49,681 bases of DNA from assembly GCA_045837725.1 (NCBI GenBank), contig JBEWZL010000076.1, positions 496,001 to 545,681 on the forward strand. The letters run 5' to 3'. The stretch's first letter is position 1; the number at the start of each line of letters is the position of its first letter. The translations under genes were made by a program, and so were the position numbers. The stretch comes from Vermamoeba vermiformis (Eukaryota). The notes beneath the pieces were generated by a model. That model had not been told where the DNA came from. It ran no database searches and saw nothing but the letters and a program-made list of their open reading frames with translations. Below are positions 1-10,742 of this stretch, one piece after another.

Positions 1-1234
1 CCACGGCAAACAGGTCGCAGCGTGACACCACGAGCAGACGAAGTGACTCCACAACGCCACACTGAGCAGCACGAGGGCAGTCACAATGACACTCACGCCC
101 AGTAGCGCTCTGACACGTGTCTTGTGACGTGCGGCACGCTCCCACTGCGCAGCGACACTCCACTGCCGCGGCACACAGACCAGCGAGGCCAGCACGCCGA
201 ACACCAGTCCACCCACGTGCGCAAAGTTCTAAGAATAGTGTCAATAAATATAACACACGTTCAAAACTACTTGCATCGATGTGCGGTGCAATGCCCACGA
301 GCAGCGAGAGCAGTGTCGAGGCCACGATTTGAATCACTTTCACGCGTCGATGTGTGTGCACGCACCAGTTCACGGCCAGATCCACTGCAAAGATGCCGAA
401 CAGACCGAAGATGGCGGAACTCGCACCGACTTGCAGTGTCTCGGGCAAGAAGACAGCACTCGCCATGTTGCCGCCAATCCCAGATAGGAAATAAATCAGT
501 GCCAGGCGCCACCAGCCCAAGAAGCGCTCAGTCTGCATGCCGAGCCACAGCTGCGAGAACATGTTGAGCAACAGGTGCACGAATCCCGAGTGCAAGAACA
601 GCGCAGTGAATAGGCGCCACACTTGTCCCTGCAAGATGAGCGGGGTGAATTTGGCGCCCAGCTGGATCAAGCTGTCGAGCGAGACATTGAGCCACCAGCC
701 CTTGGTGACGCCTTGATTGACGACGAGCTGCACGATGAACATGATCATATCGATGGCAGTGATGGTGAAGGTGAAGTACGCGCGACGGTGCAGCTTCAAA
801 TTGAGAAACGGACGCGGCTTGTGGCGCCTCTGCTGCACTGCTCCATCTGACTCGAGCTGCGACATGATAAACTTGTCCTGCAGTGTGTCTGTGTCTGTGC
901 TTTGAAGCATTTCTAGCAGTTGTTCGTCTTTGAATTCTGGCTTGATCAACTCTAATTTTCGTGGCGCAGAATCTGCATAAAAATGTAAATTGGAAATTTA
1001 AGGCAGTATGACCCATATAGTATTTATTGGCACTATAATATGTTTTATAACAAATGATAATTTTAGAAGCGATAATTGATGATTTCTAATTGTCTGCAAA
1101 GTCATACCACCGCGTAGACTGATGAATCTGTTTTCGTCGTCAGAGTCGATGTAGTCTTGATCATCGTCGTCCTAGTATCATCGTCTCTGTTAGCATGGCT
1201 GTTGGTGCATTCGCGTATCACTTACATAATTCAT
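1..1234 (-). CDS. Rhomboid-family intramembrane serine protease (spliced; 3' end runs off window)
   Basis: Manual minus-strand translation (absent from ORF track): LGAKFTPLILQGQVWRLFTALFLHSGFVHLLLNM...GIGGN...VGASSAIFG...PHID|NFAHVGG. WR motif, catalytic GxS and His present. Exons 1234-1226, 1171-1108, 951-275, 228-<1. Confidence 0.92.
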
Positions 1235-1347
1235 CGTGGTGTTCGTGTCAGTCTAAGTTAAATTAGTGCAAGGCTTCGGAAACACTGCACGACACCGCAC
1301 ATGACACGTGTCAACTGCCTTGCTGCACCGCGGCATTGAACTGAGTG

Positions 1348-1471
1348 TCATGCACCTCTCCTTGCTGGGAAAGAGGTCCCCAATCTTTGAGTCCCTGCAT
1401 GGGGTTTGTCTTAAGGACGAGTGGCACTACAACCCTACCATGCCCTGACGATTAGATTATCGAGTGCATGA
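1348..1471. ncRNA. Candidate structured RNA element, class unknown
   Basis: Nested inverted repeats: TCATGCAC/GTGCATGA closing stem, AATCT/AGATT, GCATGG/CCATGC, GGGTTTGT/ACAACCC, and side hairpin CCTCTCC...GGAAAGAGG. GC-rich island in a divergent intergenic region. Confidence 0.3.
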
Positions 1472-1610
1472 GCGGATCCGATACTCCGAGCGATCACGTG
1501 GTTTTATTTATCCGCGAAATGTCCTTTGCTCCCGTCCGTTCATTAAAACATTTAATTCTGAACGCACGACCACACACCAAGTATTCAATCAGATAGATAA
1601 TCAATTAGTA

Positions 1611-3541
1611 ATGTTGACTCGCTTCGGATTCGCTCTTACAAAGCAGTGCGCTAGATCTGCGCTCAAGTCACGCGCCTCAGCAAGATTATTTGCTCGATCA
1701 TATTCGCAGGTAATAGGCAAATATTTCAGTAACGAAGGTTATCATAATTGCCACTAATATTATTTGTGGAAATTTGATATTTTTTTTTCCTCGTGTGGTT
1801 CATGATCCGAGCTCTAAACACCTCACCTAACACCTTGTTACAGGAAGCATCGCGACCAGCACTGACGATGTGGTCCGAAGAAGAGAGCATGTTGCGCGAC
1901 AGTGTGGCTCGATTCGCGAATGAGACCATCAAACCACGTGTGCGCGCCATGGACGAGTCGAGCACGCTGGATCACGAAGTGCTCAAGGGGTGCTTCGATC
2001 AGGGTGAGTGTCGGACACTAGGGCGAGATATATATATGCACATTGTATCTGTTTCAGTGAACGGCGTGACGCTGACCAATCATTGCAGGTCTGATGGGCA
2101 TTGAGACCTCCACGGAGCTGTCAGGTACGTATTCACTGAATGCCAGTCACGCGAGTCAGTGATTGACAGGTGTCACTGTTTGACAGGTGCGGGTCTGAGC
2201 TTCACTTCAGCGTGCATTGTGATTGAAGAGCTGGCCAAAGTAGACCCCGCCGTGAGTGTGGTGGTGGATGTGCAGGTATGACACGTGTCAACCTTGGAGT
2301 GTCAAACGCTGACTCGTATCTGCAGAACACACTCGTCGGAACTCTGCTCCGAACATACGGCACAGCAGAGCAGCAGAAGAAGTATTTGACACGCCTCGCC
2401 ACTGACACTGTGGGCTCATTCTGTCTCAGTGAGTGGGGTTCTGGCTCTGATGTAGGTCACTGCTTGACACGTGTCATCAGTATTCACTGAAGTACTCTAA
2501 GTTACTGACTATATTTAGGCATTCGCCATGAAAACTACTGCCGTGAAGAAGGGTGACAAGTACGTCATCAACGGCACTAAAGGTAAGTGCAGACCTCTGT
2601 TTGACACGTGTCATTGACTGGTTCGCAGCGTGGATCACAAATGCCAAAGAAGCAGGTATCTTCATCGTGTTCGCGAATGCAGATCCGAGCAAGGGCTACA
2701 AGGTACTGCGTGACACCTGTCATTGAGAGGGCTGGACTGACGCTTGCCTAATTAGGGAATTACGGCTTTTATTGTCGAGAAGGGCACTCCTGGCCTCATT
2801 GTTGGCAAGAAAGAGGACAAGGTACGTTGAAAGTATTCCTAATTAGGTAATATTCGCTGACTTGCCTGATTTAGCTCGGTATTCGCGCGAGTTCCACATG
2901 CGAAGTTCGATTTGAAGACATGGAAGTGTCAGAAGCAAACATCTTGGGTCAGGTGCGTCTATTAATACTCATTTTCACGCGAGTCAGTGATTGACACGTG
3001 TCACTCGCAGTTCGGCAAGGGCTACAAGCTGGCCATTGAAGTGCTGAATGAAGGACGCATTGGCATTGGCGCGCAAATGCTCGGTCTCGCAGCTGGTGCC
3101 CTGGACAGCACATTGCCTTATTTGGCACAGCGCCGTCAGTTCGGGCAGCCCATTGCTTCGTTCCAGGGCATGCAGTTCAACTACGCGCAGTGTGCGATGG
3201 AGATTGAAGCAGCGCGTCTGTTGGTGTACAACGCAGCACGACTCAAAGACAGCGCGCAGCCGTTCATTCAAGAGGCCTCGATGGCCAAGCTCTACGCCTC
3301 ACTCGTCGCGGAGAAAGTGTCCTCCAAGTGCATTGAGATGTTGGGCGGCGTTGGATTCACCAAGGGTACGTCAACTGTTGTTGTTATTGGCTGTATTTAG
3401 ACACGCGAATTCATTTCTTGCCGCGCAGAATTCCCCGCGGAGAAGTATTTCCGAGACTCGAAGATTGGTCAGATCTATGAGGGCACGACGAATATGCAGC
3501 TAGTGACTATTGCCAAGCACATTATGGACAAGTACAAATAA
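1611..3541 (+). CDS. ACADSB: Mitochondrial short/branched-chain acyl-CoA dehydrogenase (multi-exon)
   Basis: Arg/Ser-rich presequence [88 protein letters not shown]; canonical introns. Confidence 0.93.
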
Positions 3542-3713
3542 GCGCATCTGCTCGGTCAGTGTAACGAGTGCTATTCAGTAAATACGAGTGTACATTCATT
3601 TCAATACGACTATAATGAGGTCCATAAGAGTCAGTCCACTACTATTTACCTTCTAATTCACAGTCACAATATTATAGTCACAATAATTATAGTACAAGTT
3701 GTCATTCCAGCTG

Positions 3714-4350
3714 TTACGAAGCATTCCTCTCTTTCCACTGTTTGATTGCCTCGTCTAAATATGGTGCACTGTTGTCCTTGCTAGACACTACGTAATTATC
3801 TGCATACGGCCAAGCAATGTTCAGCGTTGGATCCCGCCAGTTGACTTCCATGTCACGGCCAGGCACAAATGTACCTTCTTGGCCATAGACTACGATATTT
3901 TCATTATCGACCTGTCAGAGGGATGCATTTCTTAGTATTGACCACAGCGAACTGAGACGTAAGTAGCTTCAAAAATACTTTCAAATTGAAATTACTCCAT
4001 AAAATACTTACAGCAAAGAACGAGCTGCCACAATTAGCAGGGACATATATTTGACGGTTATCATACAATTCTACGCTGATCCATTTTTTGAAAGTCGGCG
4101 AGTCAAGTCGCAGATCTACACAGACGTAGATGACTTTGCCCTTGACGCACGCTATTAACTTGGCATATGGTGAGCAGTGTATGCCGCGCACGACATTGGC
4201 CGCGGAGCAGGAGTAAGAGATCTGCTTGCACTGCGCGAACATGGGATAGCGCTCATCGCGATAGAGTTCTTGGAAATAGCCGCGCTCGTCACTGAAGCGC
4301 TGACACTCGATCAAATAGGTACCGGGTACTTCGAGCTCGCGAATGTTCAT
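3714..4350 (-). CDS. rmlC: dTDP-4-dehydrorhamnose 3,5-epimerase (RmlC-like cupin), one intron 3912-4011
   Basis: FSDERGYFQE, VVRGIH, KLIACVKGKV..VCVDLRLDSPTFKKW, QIYVP, NWRDPTLNIAWP, VSSKD match the RmlC pattern. Confidence 0.9.
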
Positions 4351-4960
4351 GGCTGTTGTTGTTGTTGTGTTCCGCGTGTTGATGTGAAATGATAGAGTTC
4401 GGTGTGCTGATTGCCACACTCCTCGCTGGTACTAAAGTTAAATATAGACTTAACATCCTCCGTGTACTGATAGTACTGATAATCCTTGGACATCACATGA
4501 TATCATATTCGTGTTCGCAGCGGTGTGCCGTCGCATCAGTTCTAACTGTCGCTGTGGCTGCAACTACTCTGTAATCACACTGTCACTCACGCCTTTCAAG
4601 GCACTACTGGGTGATATTTCCGCAGAGATCGATCGAGCAGGCTGTATACTTTTGCATACCTGTCTCTGCTTGAAAAGTTAAAACGCGTGTCAATTCACAA
4701 AGGAAGGCAGTTCTCGCGTAACCAATTTCGTTCTGCACCGCCAATCAAATCAAAATCACTACTGCGGAGATTAGCGGAACAACTCCAACGACAGAGAACG
4801 AGCCGGTCAGCAACCGAGGCCGTCCGCTCATTGGTGTAGACAGCACAGTGCTGGTCGTGACACTAGCTACTTAACGCAACACTCGTCCTACAAACCACAC
4901 TCTTTATGGTCTCATGCGTGCATATTCACAAAGTATAATACAACAGTCCAGTCCCAACTA

Positions 4961-6533
4961 CTACTGGTCCTCAGTGATCACCACGGTGTGTTCCATGCCA
5001 GCAATCACGTGCTTGACGTGTTTGTCTGCAAAGAAGGTCAGTGGCGTCGGCTCATCACGTGCTGTCGTGTCACCAGTGCCCAGCTGGCCAAAGTCATTCA
5101 GCCCCCAGCTGTACAGTGCGCCGTCCTCTGTGCCTCGTGTTAGCAAGATATTGCCTAAATAGGAAATAACGTACCCATGAGTGCTAGGAAGTGATGTGCT
5201 CCAGCAGCGAGTGATTTGATTGGTTGTTGCAGCGTGTCAAAGAACGGTAGCAGTTCGGGCTTGGTCACGGGCTGAGGTTCGGGCTGTTGTCGCGGATCTG
5301 CAGCGAATCGACCCCAGCGGTACACGTGATTGTCATGCGTCACACCTAGGGCACTGAATCCGCCGCTAATCACGTGCTTGAAGCGCAGACCATTCGTTGA
5401 CACTTTTGACACTTTGGGCACTGTGCTGGTGGTGCCATTGCCGAGCTGTCCAATGTCGTTGTTGCCCCACCCCCAGATCTCGCCAGTCTCTGTGTGACAC
5501 GTGTCAGTTGCTGTATGACACTTTGACAGGTCACGTGACTTACTCGTGAGGCCCAAGGTGAAGTCAGCGCCGACACTCAACTGCACCACATCGCGCACTT
5601 CAGGGTGCAGCACCGGCACCGCGCGATCACTCTCGTCGCCCAGGGCCAGTTGATAGTCGCCGTTGTAGCCCCACACGTACACGCGTCCGTCATCTGCAAA
5701 TGACACGTGTCAAACAACTACCTGTCCCAACAGTGCACTTACCTCGCAGTGCCACGCAGTGATCGAACCCCGTGCCGACAGTGACAATGTGCTTGCCCTT
5801 GAGTGCATCGATCGGACGCGGCAGTTCCATGGCCTGATCTGCTGCCGTGCCGTGGCCGAGCTGACCGAACTCCGTGTTGCCGAACGAGAACACCAGCCCC
5901 TCTTTGGTGCGCACCAGACTGTGTGCACGACCAGCGGCAGCTTGCAGCGCGGTGAGGGGCTTGAGGGGCTGAATGAGCTCGGGGTCGTAGGTCACATTCT
6001 AGGGCTGCTGTTAGTGCTGCGCGGGGAGCAGATCTCATGGACTTACATTGCGGCGATAAATGAGGCCTAATTGACCGTAGCGATTGTCACCCCACGTCCA
6101 CACGCGTCCTTCGTCTAGCGTAGTATTAAATAATGCATATTAAACTGTCTAATACGCACCCGTAACGAGCATAGTGTACAGCCAATTAGCAGATCCACCA
6201 ACAAATCTCTTGCCGGCGAGTTGTTCGACGCGCATAGGGGTAGGCTTATATTCTTCGTCCGTAGTCAACTGTCCTGCATCGCCTGGTGATAATGCTGCTC
6301 AGTACTGCAACTTTAACGGGATCTAACAAAATTATGTACCTTTTCCAAACACCCACACTGAATGCGTCTTGGCCGTAGAATATTTCTTAGAATTATTTAA
6401 AAATAATTTCGATTTTTTGGTGCGCGCAACACTGGATGTGATCCGCAGAACCGTTCTATTGACTAGGAATGGTTAGTTATGCGCGTGCTCTACTCGCAAC
6501 GCATATGTACATACGAGTCTGAAGCAGTGACAT
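4961..6533 (-). CDS. RCC1-repeat (beta-propeller) protein, probably mitochondrial RCC1L-like
   Basis: Repeated VWG/SWGxNxxGQLG and aGxxHs motifs across exons; basic N-terminus MSLLQTLNRTVLRITSSVARTKKSK resembles a targeting peptide. Confidence 0.85.
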
Positions 6534-6678
6534 GAGTGCAGCGATGTGCTCGTGTGTCAAACTTCGTGCTGTGAATGACAAGCAGATCCAGACTCGTTGT
6601 TTTCCTTTGTTTCTCACTTTATTTACAAATACATCACTACATTCATAGCGCTATTATAACACCACACCCTCTATACAC

Positions 6679-9040
6679 CTACTGCTGCGTGTGCTCGCTG
6701 CTCGTGCCCAGCTCACTGCGCGGTGAAATTTCAGCACTCGAGCCGACTTTCCTGTCACGTGCGCGCGACCCTCGGTGCACGGTCACGTTGTCAAAGGACG
6801 AGGTGCGACGATGATGTCCCTCGTGCTCCTTGTTGAGCTGGTCACTGCGCGTGCTCTTGGTCGTGTCCTTGCGGCGGTCAGGGGTCTTGGCGCGGCGTTC
6901 TTGGCGCGGCGAGGGCAGCAGCACGACGTAGGGCTGTGGCGGAGTGCCACTCAACTGCACGGGCACTTCAATCTGTTGCTGCACGCCGCGCTGATCGGTG
7001 TACGTCAGCAGATTGCCACTGGCACTGCGCGGCAATTCACCCGAGCTGTTGTTGGACACCTGTGCTGGCATCACCACTGGCTGAATCACGTGGCCTTGAT
7101 CTCCGAGCGGACGAGGCACGTGCTGTATCATCATCGGACTCGACATGACGTGCGGCACTGGCGCGAATGAGTCGTTGACAGGTGCCACGCCGTTGACAGG
7201 TGCCATCATGTGCGGACTGGACGAGGCCTGGGGAACAAATCCAGGGCCTGGCTGCATCACGTGACCGTTGACAGGTGTCACGCCGTTGACAGGTGCCACC
7301 ATGTCCGGGCCCACCGCGCCAGGAGCAGCAGCACCGACGTTCTGACCAAAGTACTGCAGCGTGCTGGGCGACTGTTGCAGCTGCGTCTCGACGGGCACAA
7401 AGGTGTTTTGACCGCGCAGATAGTCCTCGCGCGTCTGAAGCAGCGTGAGTCAGGAGCAGCACTAATGACGGCACTTACCCGTTCAGCGGTGCGCAAGAGA
7501 ATGGGCGGATTGAAGAAGGGAAAGTTGACAATGTCGAGCTGTGTGGTGCGCGTGGACTCGACGCTCTCCGACAGCAGTCCCAGCATTCTAGTGGCACCTG
7601 GTCAGTCACGTGTCACACTGCGATCGATGGCACTTACTTGTAGAAGCGCGTGGCCACTTCAGCGCTGCGAATGTCACAGAGCGGTGCGGCGAGTTTCTTG
7701 GCCTCGATGGCAAAGTCCTCGAGTGTGGCGCGCATGCTGTCGTCGAGTGCATTCTCCACCAGCCGCAGATCAATCTCTTGGCGCACGTACTCGCGCCACA
7801 GCCACTGCACGCCCTCCTCCTGCAACAATTACCATATTTAGCAAGTGTCACGTGCCAGGGACAGGTGACAGCACTCACCGCTTTGCTGGTCTCGACTTGC
7901 TGTCGGAGACTGCTCCACCAGATGCCCGAGCCAAAGAACTGATGCAGCCGTTCAAAGAGGCGATAGATCTTCATGCCCGCGCCTTTCTCTTCTTTGAATG
8001 CGTCGCGAAAGTCCTCCAAATTGCTGTTGGACTCCACCACGTACAGCTCTTCGTCTTTGGTCCACTTGTTCGCCAGCTTGACGATGATGCCGCAGTGTGA
8101 GAACGGTGTGCCCGTCATCAGCTTGGTGAGTGCGGCGGTGATGCCGTTGCCGCTGTAGAGCAGCAGATCTCCCGTCTTGAACAGATGCGCGTAGTTCTTG
8201 TAAAAATAAAAGTTGCGCTCGCCGCTCTTCAACAGTGTACTACGATCCTGGGGTACGTATATTAATTCTACAGTAATGACTGACATCAGCGGTGCAATCA
8301 CGTACTGGCAGAGTGGAGTAGTACATCCGGATCTTCAATTGACCAGTCACGGGTTTCTTAGACTTCTTTTTCGGGTCTTCAGTGAGCGGCAGGACCTTTT
8401 CAACGACTACATCGCGTGGTATAGCGCCAAGCTCCTTACTAATCATTTTAAGGTTGAAATTAAAGAATGTGGTGGTGATCGGTCTCGCATCTCACTTACA
8501 GTTCGATTTGACCAATAAATGCTTCTGAATAGTTATCTTTGCAAACTGATAGCGTAATGCTCGTCGGTGCGCCTTCACTGTTGACGGAATTAGATCGAGC
8601 AGCGGATTAATTAAACTATTTTGGCTATTATCGATGAATACTTACAGATAAAAGAACTGCGAGAAATTTGGATTGAGATCTTTTTTAACTGATTTGGTGC
8701 GCAATTCGCGCTTCTTTTTATCGAAATTTAGTTTCAATTTCACCATTGAATCGTATCCGCCTGACCGTTACGCATTAGTCGTCCGTAAGTCGTGTAATAT
8801 ATGGGAAATCCATGTAATTACAAGTGTACATAATTATAGTTCGCGCAACTACATTAGGAACGCGAAAATAAAGGAAAAAACTATCAATTACCTGATCCCT
8901 CTTTCTTGGGTGGCAAATTGGTTGCTTGCATCACTAGTGATATGACATATATAAGTCTACTATTTTGACGAATTATTTGCGCTAAAATTACCGTAAATGA
9001 TGAAGTGTTCTTGCATCTCGTTCCAATCTCGCCTCGACAT
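6679..9040 (-). CDS. C2 domain + permuted papain-like (YiiX/YebB, permuted NlpC/P60) domain + low-complexity tail
   Basis: Spliced N-terminus IYVMQATNLPPKKEG..RTKSVKKDLNPNF..FIGQIEL..GQLKIRMYY (C2); then KTGDLLLYSG..TGTPFSHCGIIV..YVVES (permuted papain fold); Pro/Gln-rich tail. Confidence 0.75.
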
Positions 9041-9261
9041 TGTTAAATCAGGCCGTGCAGACTATCTACCTCTATATATGACCTCGTCACGATATACGAT
9101 ATTAACGCTGATACGATGTGTCGTGAGCTAATTGTTCGAATAGAATCAAAATCGAATTCCTAATCATTGATCTCGTGTTTTTTAGCCGCCACGTGATCGC
9201 ATTAAGTAACTGCTGAGACGTTCTTTATATTCACTGCAGTGCGTGGACCACTCGTAGCACA

Positions 9262-10674
9262 ATGGAGGACTATCCGCTGCTCAAACCAGTTAATGGCGAC
9301 TATTCGAGCGACAGTGCTGAATCCAAGCCAGCTGCGTGGAAGTGGCTGCTCGCTATAGTATTCAGCTTAGTATTGTCAGGTGGTTTTGCACTGGGCTGCG
9401 TGCAGTCTAATGGCCAGTGGAACAAGTTGGTCGTGTTGGATTGGATAGCGTTGATGACATGTACAGTGCCTTTATTGTTTTTAGAGGTATTTTTAGGCAT
9501 ACCTTTTGTTATGAAACAGTTTCAGGTAGGAACAGCTATTTAACTCTGTCATTAATTGGTGACAATTTGAAGTTTTATTAATATAATTATTGGATTTGCA
9601 GTTGTGGTCGCGAAAAAGCAAAGCTTTCGTGTTTTTCCCGACAAGTATAGTTGTTGCCACATATATTGGCTTTGGATTGTTTTATAAAAGGTTTGTGAAG
9701 GTGGATCCGCATGTTCCTACGAATTTTCATGCTTACTTTAACTTACAGATACGATCCATTAGCGACACTATATGTAGTTATGACTTGCTTTGCTGTTCTG
9801 GGCTCCATGAGGAATATTAGCCGCCGAGAAGAGATGGATCTGCGTACGTGCCCGTTGTGCTTCAAGCGAATATTAGTATCAATCATTGACCGATCTTTAA
9901 TATAGCGCGCGAGGACTACTGGACGGAGCTGGTTATTTGGCTGTTGATATGGGTGCCACTCGATCTGCGCTGGTACTACAAAGACTACTTCTACGGCGCA
10001 GGCTTCATGGGCTATGATTGGTGGGCACTGGTCGGTGAGTACTGCAATCCTATTCGCACCATATATATATATATATATATATATTGACCCTCACTCTGCG
10101 CAGTGACCTTGCTCGTGATCCTGGGCTGGGGTGTGCAATGGCCGCACGACGAGTTCAAGTTCAGAATTATTCCGACTGGATGGCGCGACATAGTTATTCC
10201 GCTCGGATTCATGGTCATTCAGGCAGCAGCTATTGTTCCGCTGGGTATCTGGCTCGGTACGACACTCGCACTCGTGTGTGCAGCGCTGAGTATTGACGTG
10301 TTCGCGCAGATTTCTTGCACTTCCCGCCCAAGAACGGCTATTTGCCACCACTCGATGGCCTCGCTGGCTTTACAGAGAACTTTGCGACCGTGGCGCTGAC
10401 GGAGGAGGTGTTGTTCCGCGGCATTCTGATGCCCTGGTTCGAGCGCCTGTTGCCCTCCAAGCACGGCTGGTTCGGCGTGTTGTGCTCGTCACTCGTGTTC
10501 GGAGCCATGCACTGGCCACGCCGCACAGGACTCGAGGCACGACTGATCTACGTGTTGCTCGCGGTGATTGCAGGTGTGATCTACGCCCTCACTGCCAAGC
10601 TCTCGCGCGGTTTGTTCGGCTCTGCGCTGCTGCACGCCCTGACCGACACGGCCTGGGCAGTTGTACTCAATTAA
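9262..10674 (+). CDS. CPBP/Abi-family (type II CAAX protease-like) intramembrane glutamic protease
   Basis: TEEVLFRG, SSLVFGAMH and LLHALTD motifs; many TM segments; multi-exon. Confidence 0.88.
10061..10084. repeat. (AT)n microsatellite in an intron of the CPBP gene
   Basis: About 12 AT units seen directly. Confidence 0.95.
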
Positions 10675-10742
10675 ATTACACTACCACTGGTATCAGTTCC
10701 ACGCAACACAGTAGCGCACAAAACTATTTGTCTCTTGCATCA

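Noticed and set aside
528-1016. 162-aa minus-strand ORF in the track
   Set aside because: Wrong frame; the overlapping frame encodes the rhomboid motifs.
1368-1452. Hammerhead ribozyme (CTGACGA plus GAAA) or telomerase template (AACCCTA)
   Set aside because: Required stems do not flank the core motifs, and the template-like stretch does not extend to 1.5 telomeric repeats.
7210-8100. 296-aa plus-strand ORF
   Set aside because: Antisense to the C2/papain-fold gene, crosses its introns, no motifs.
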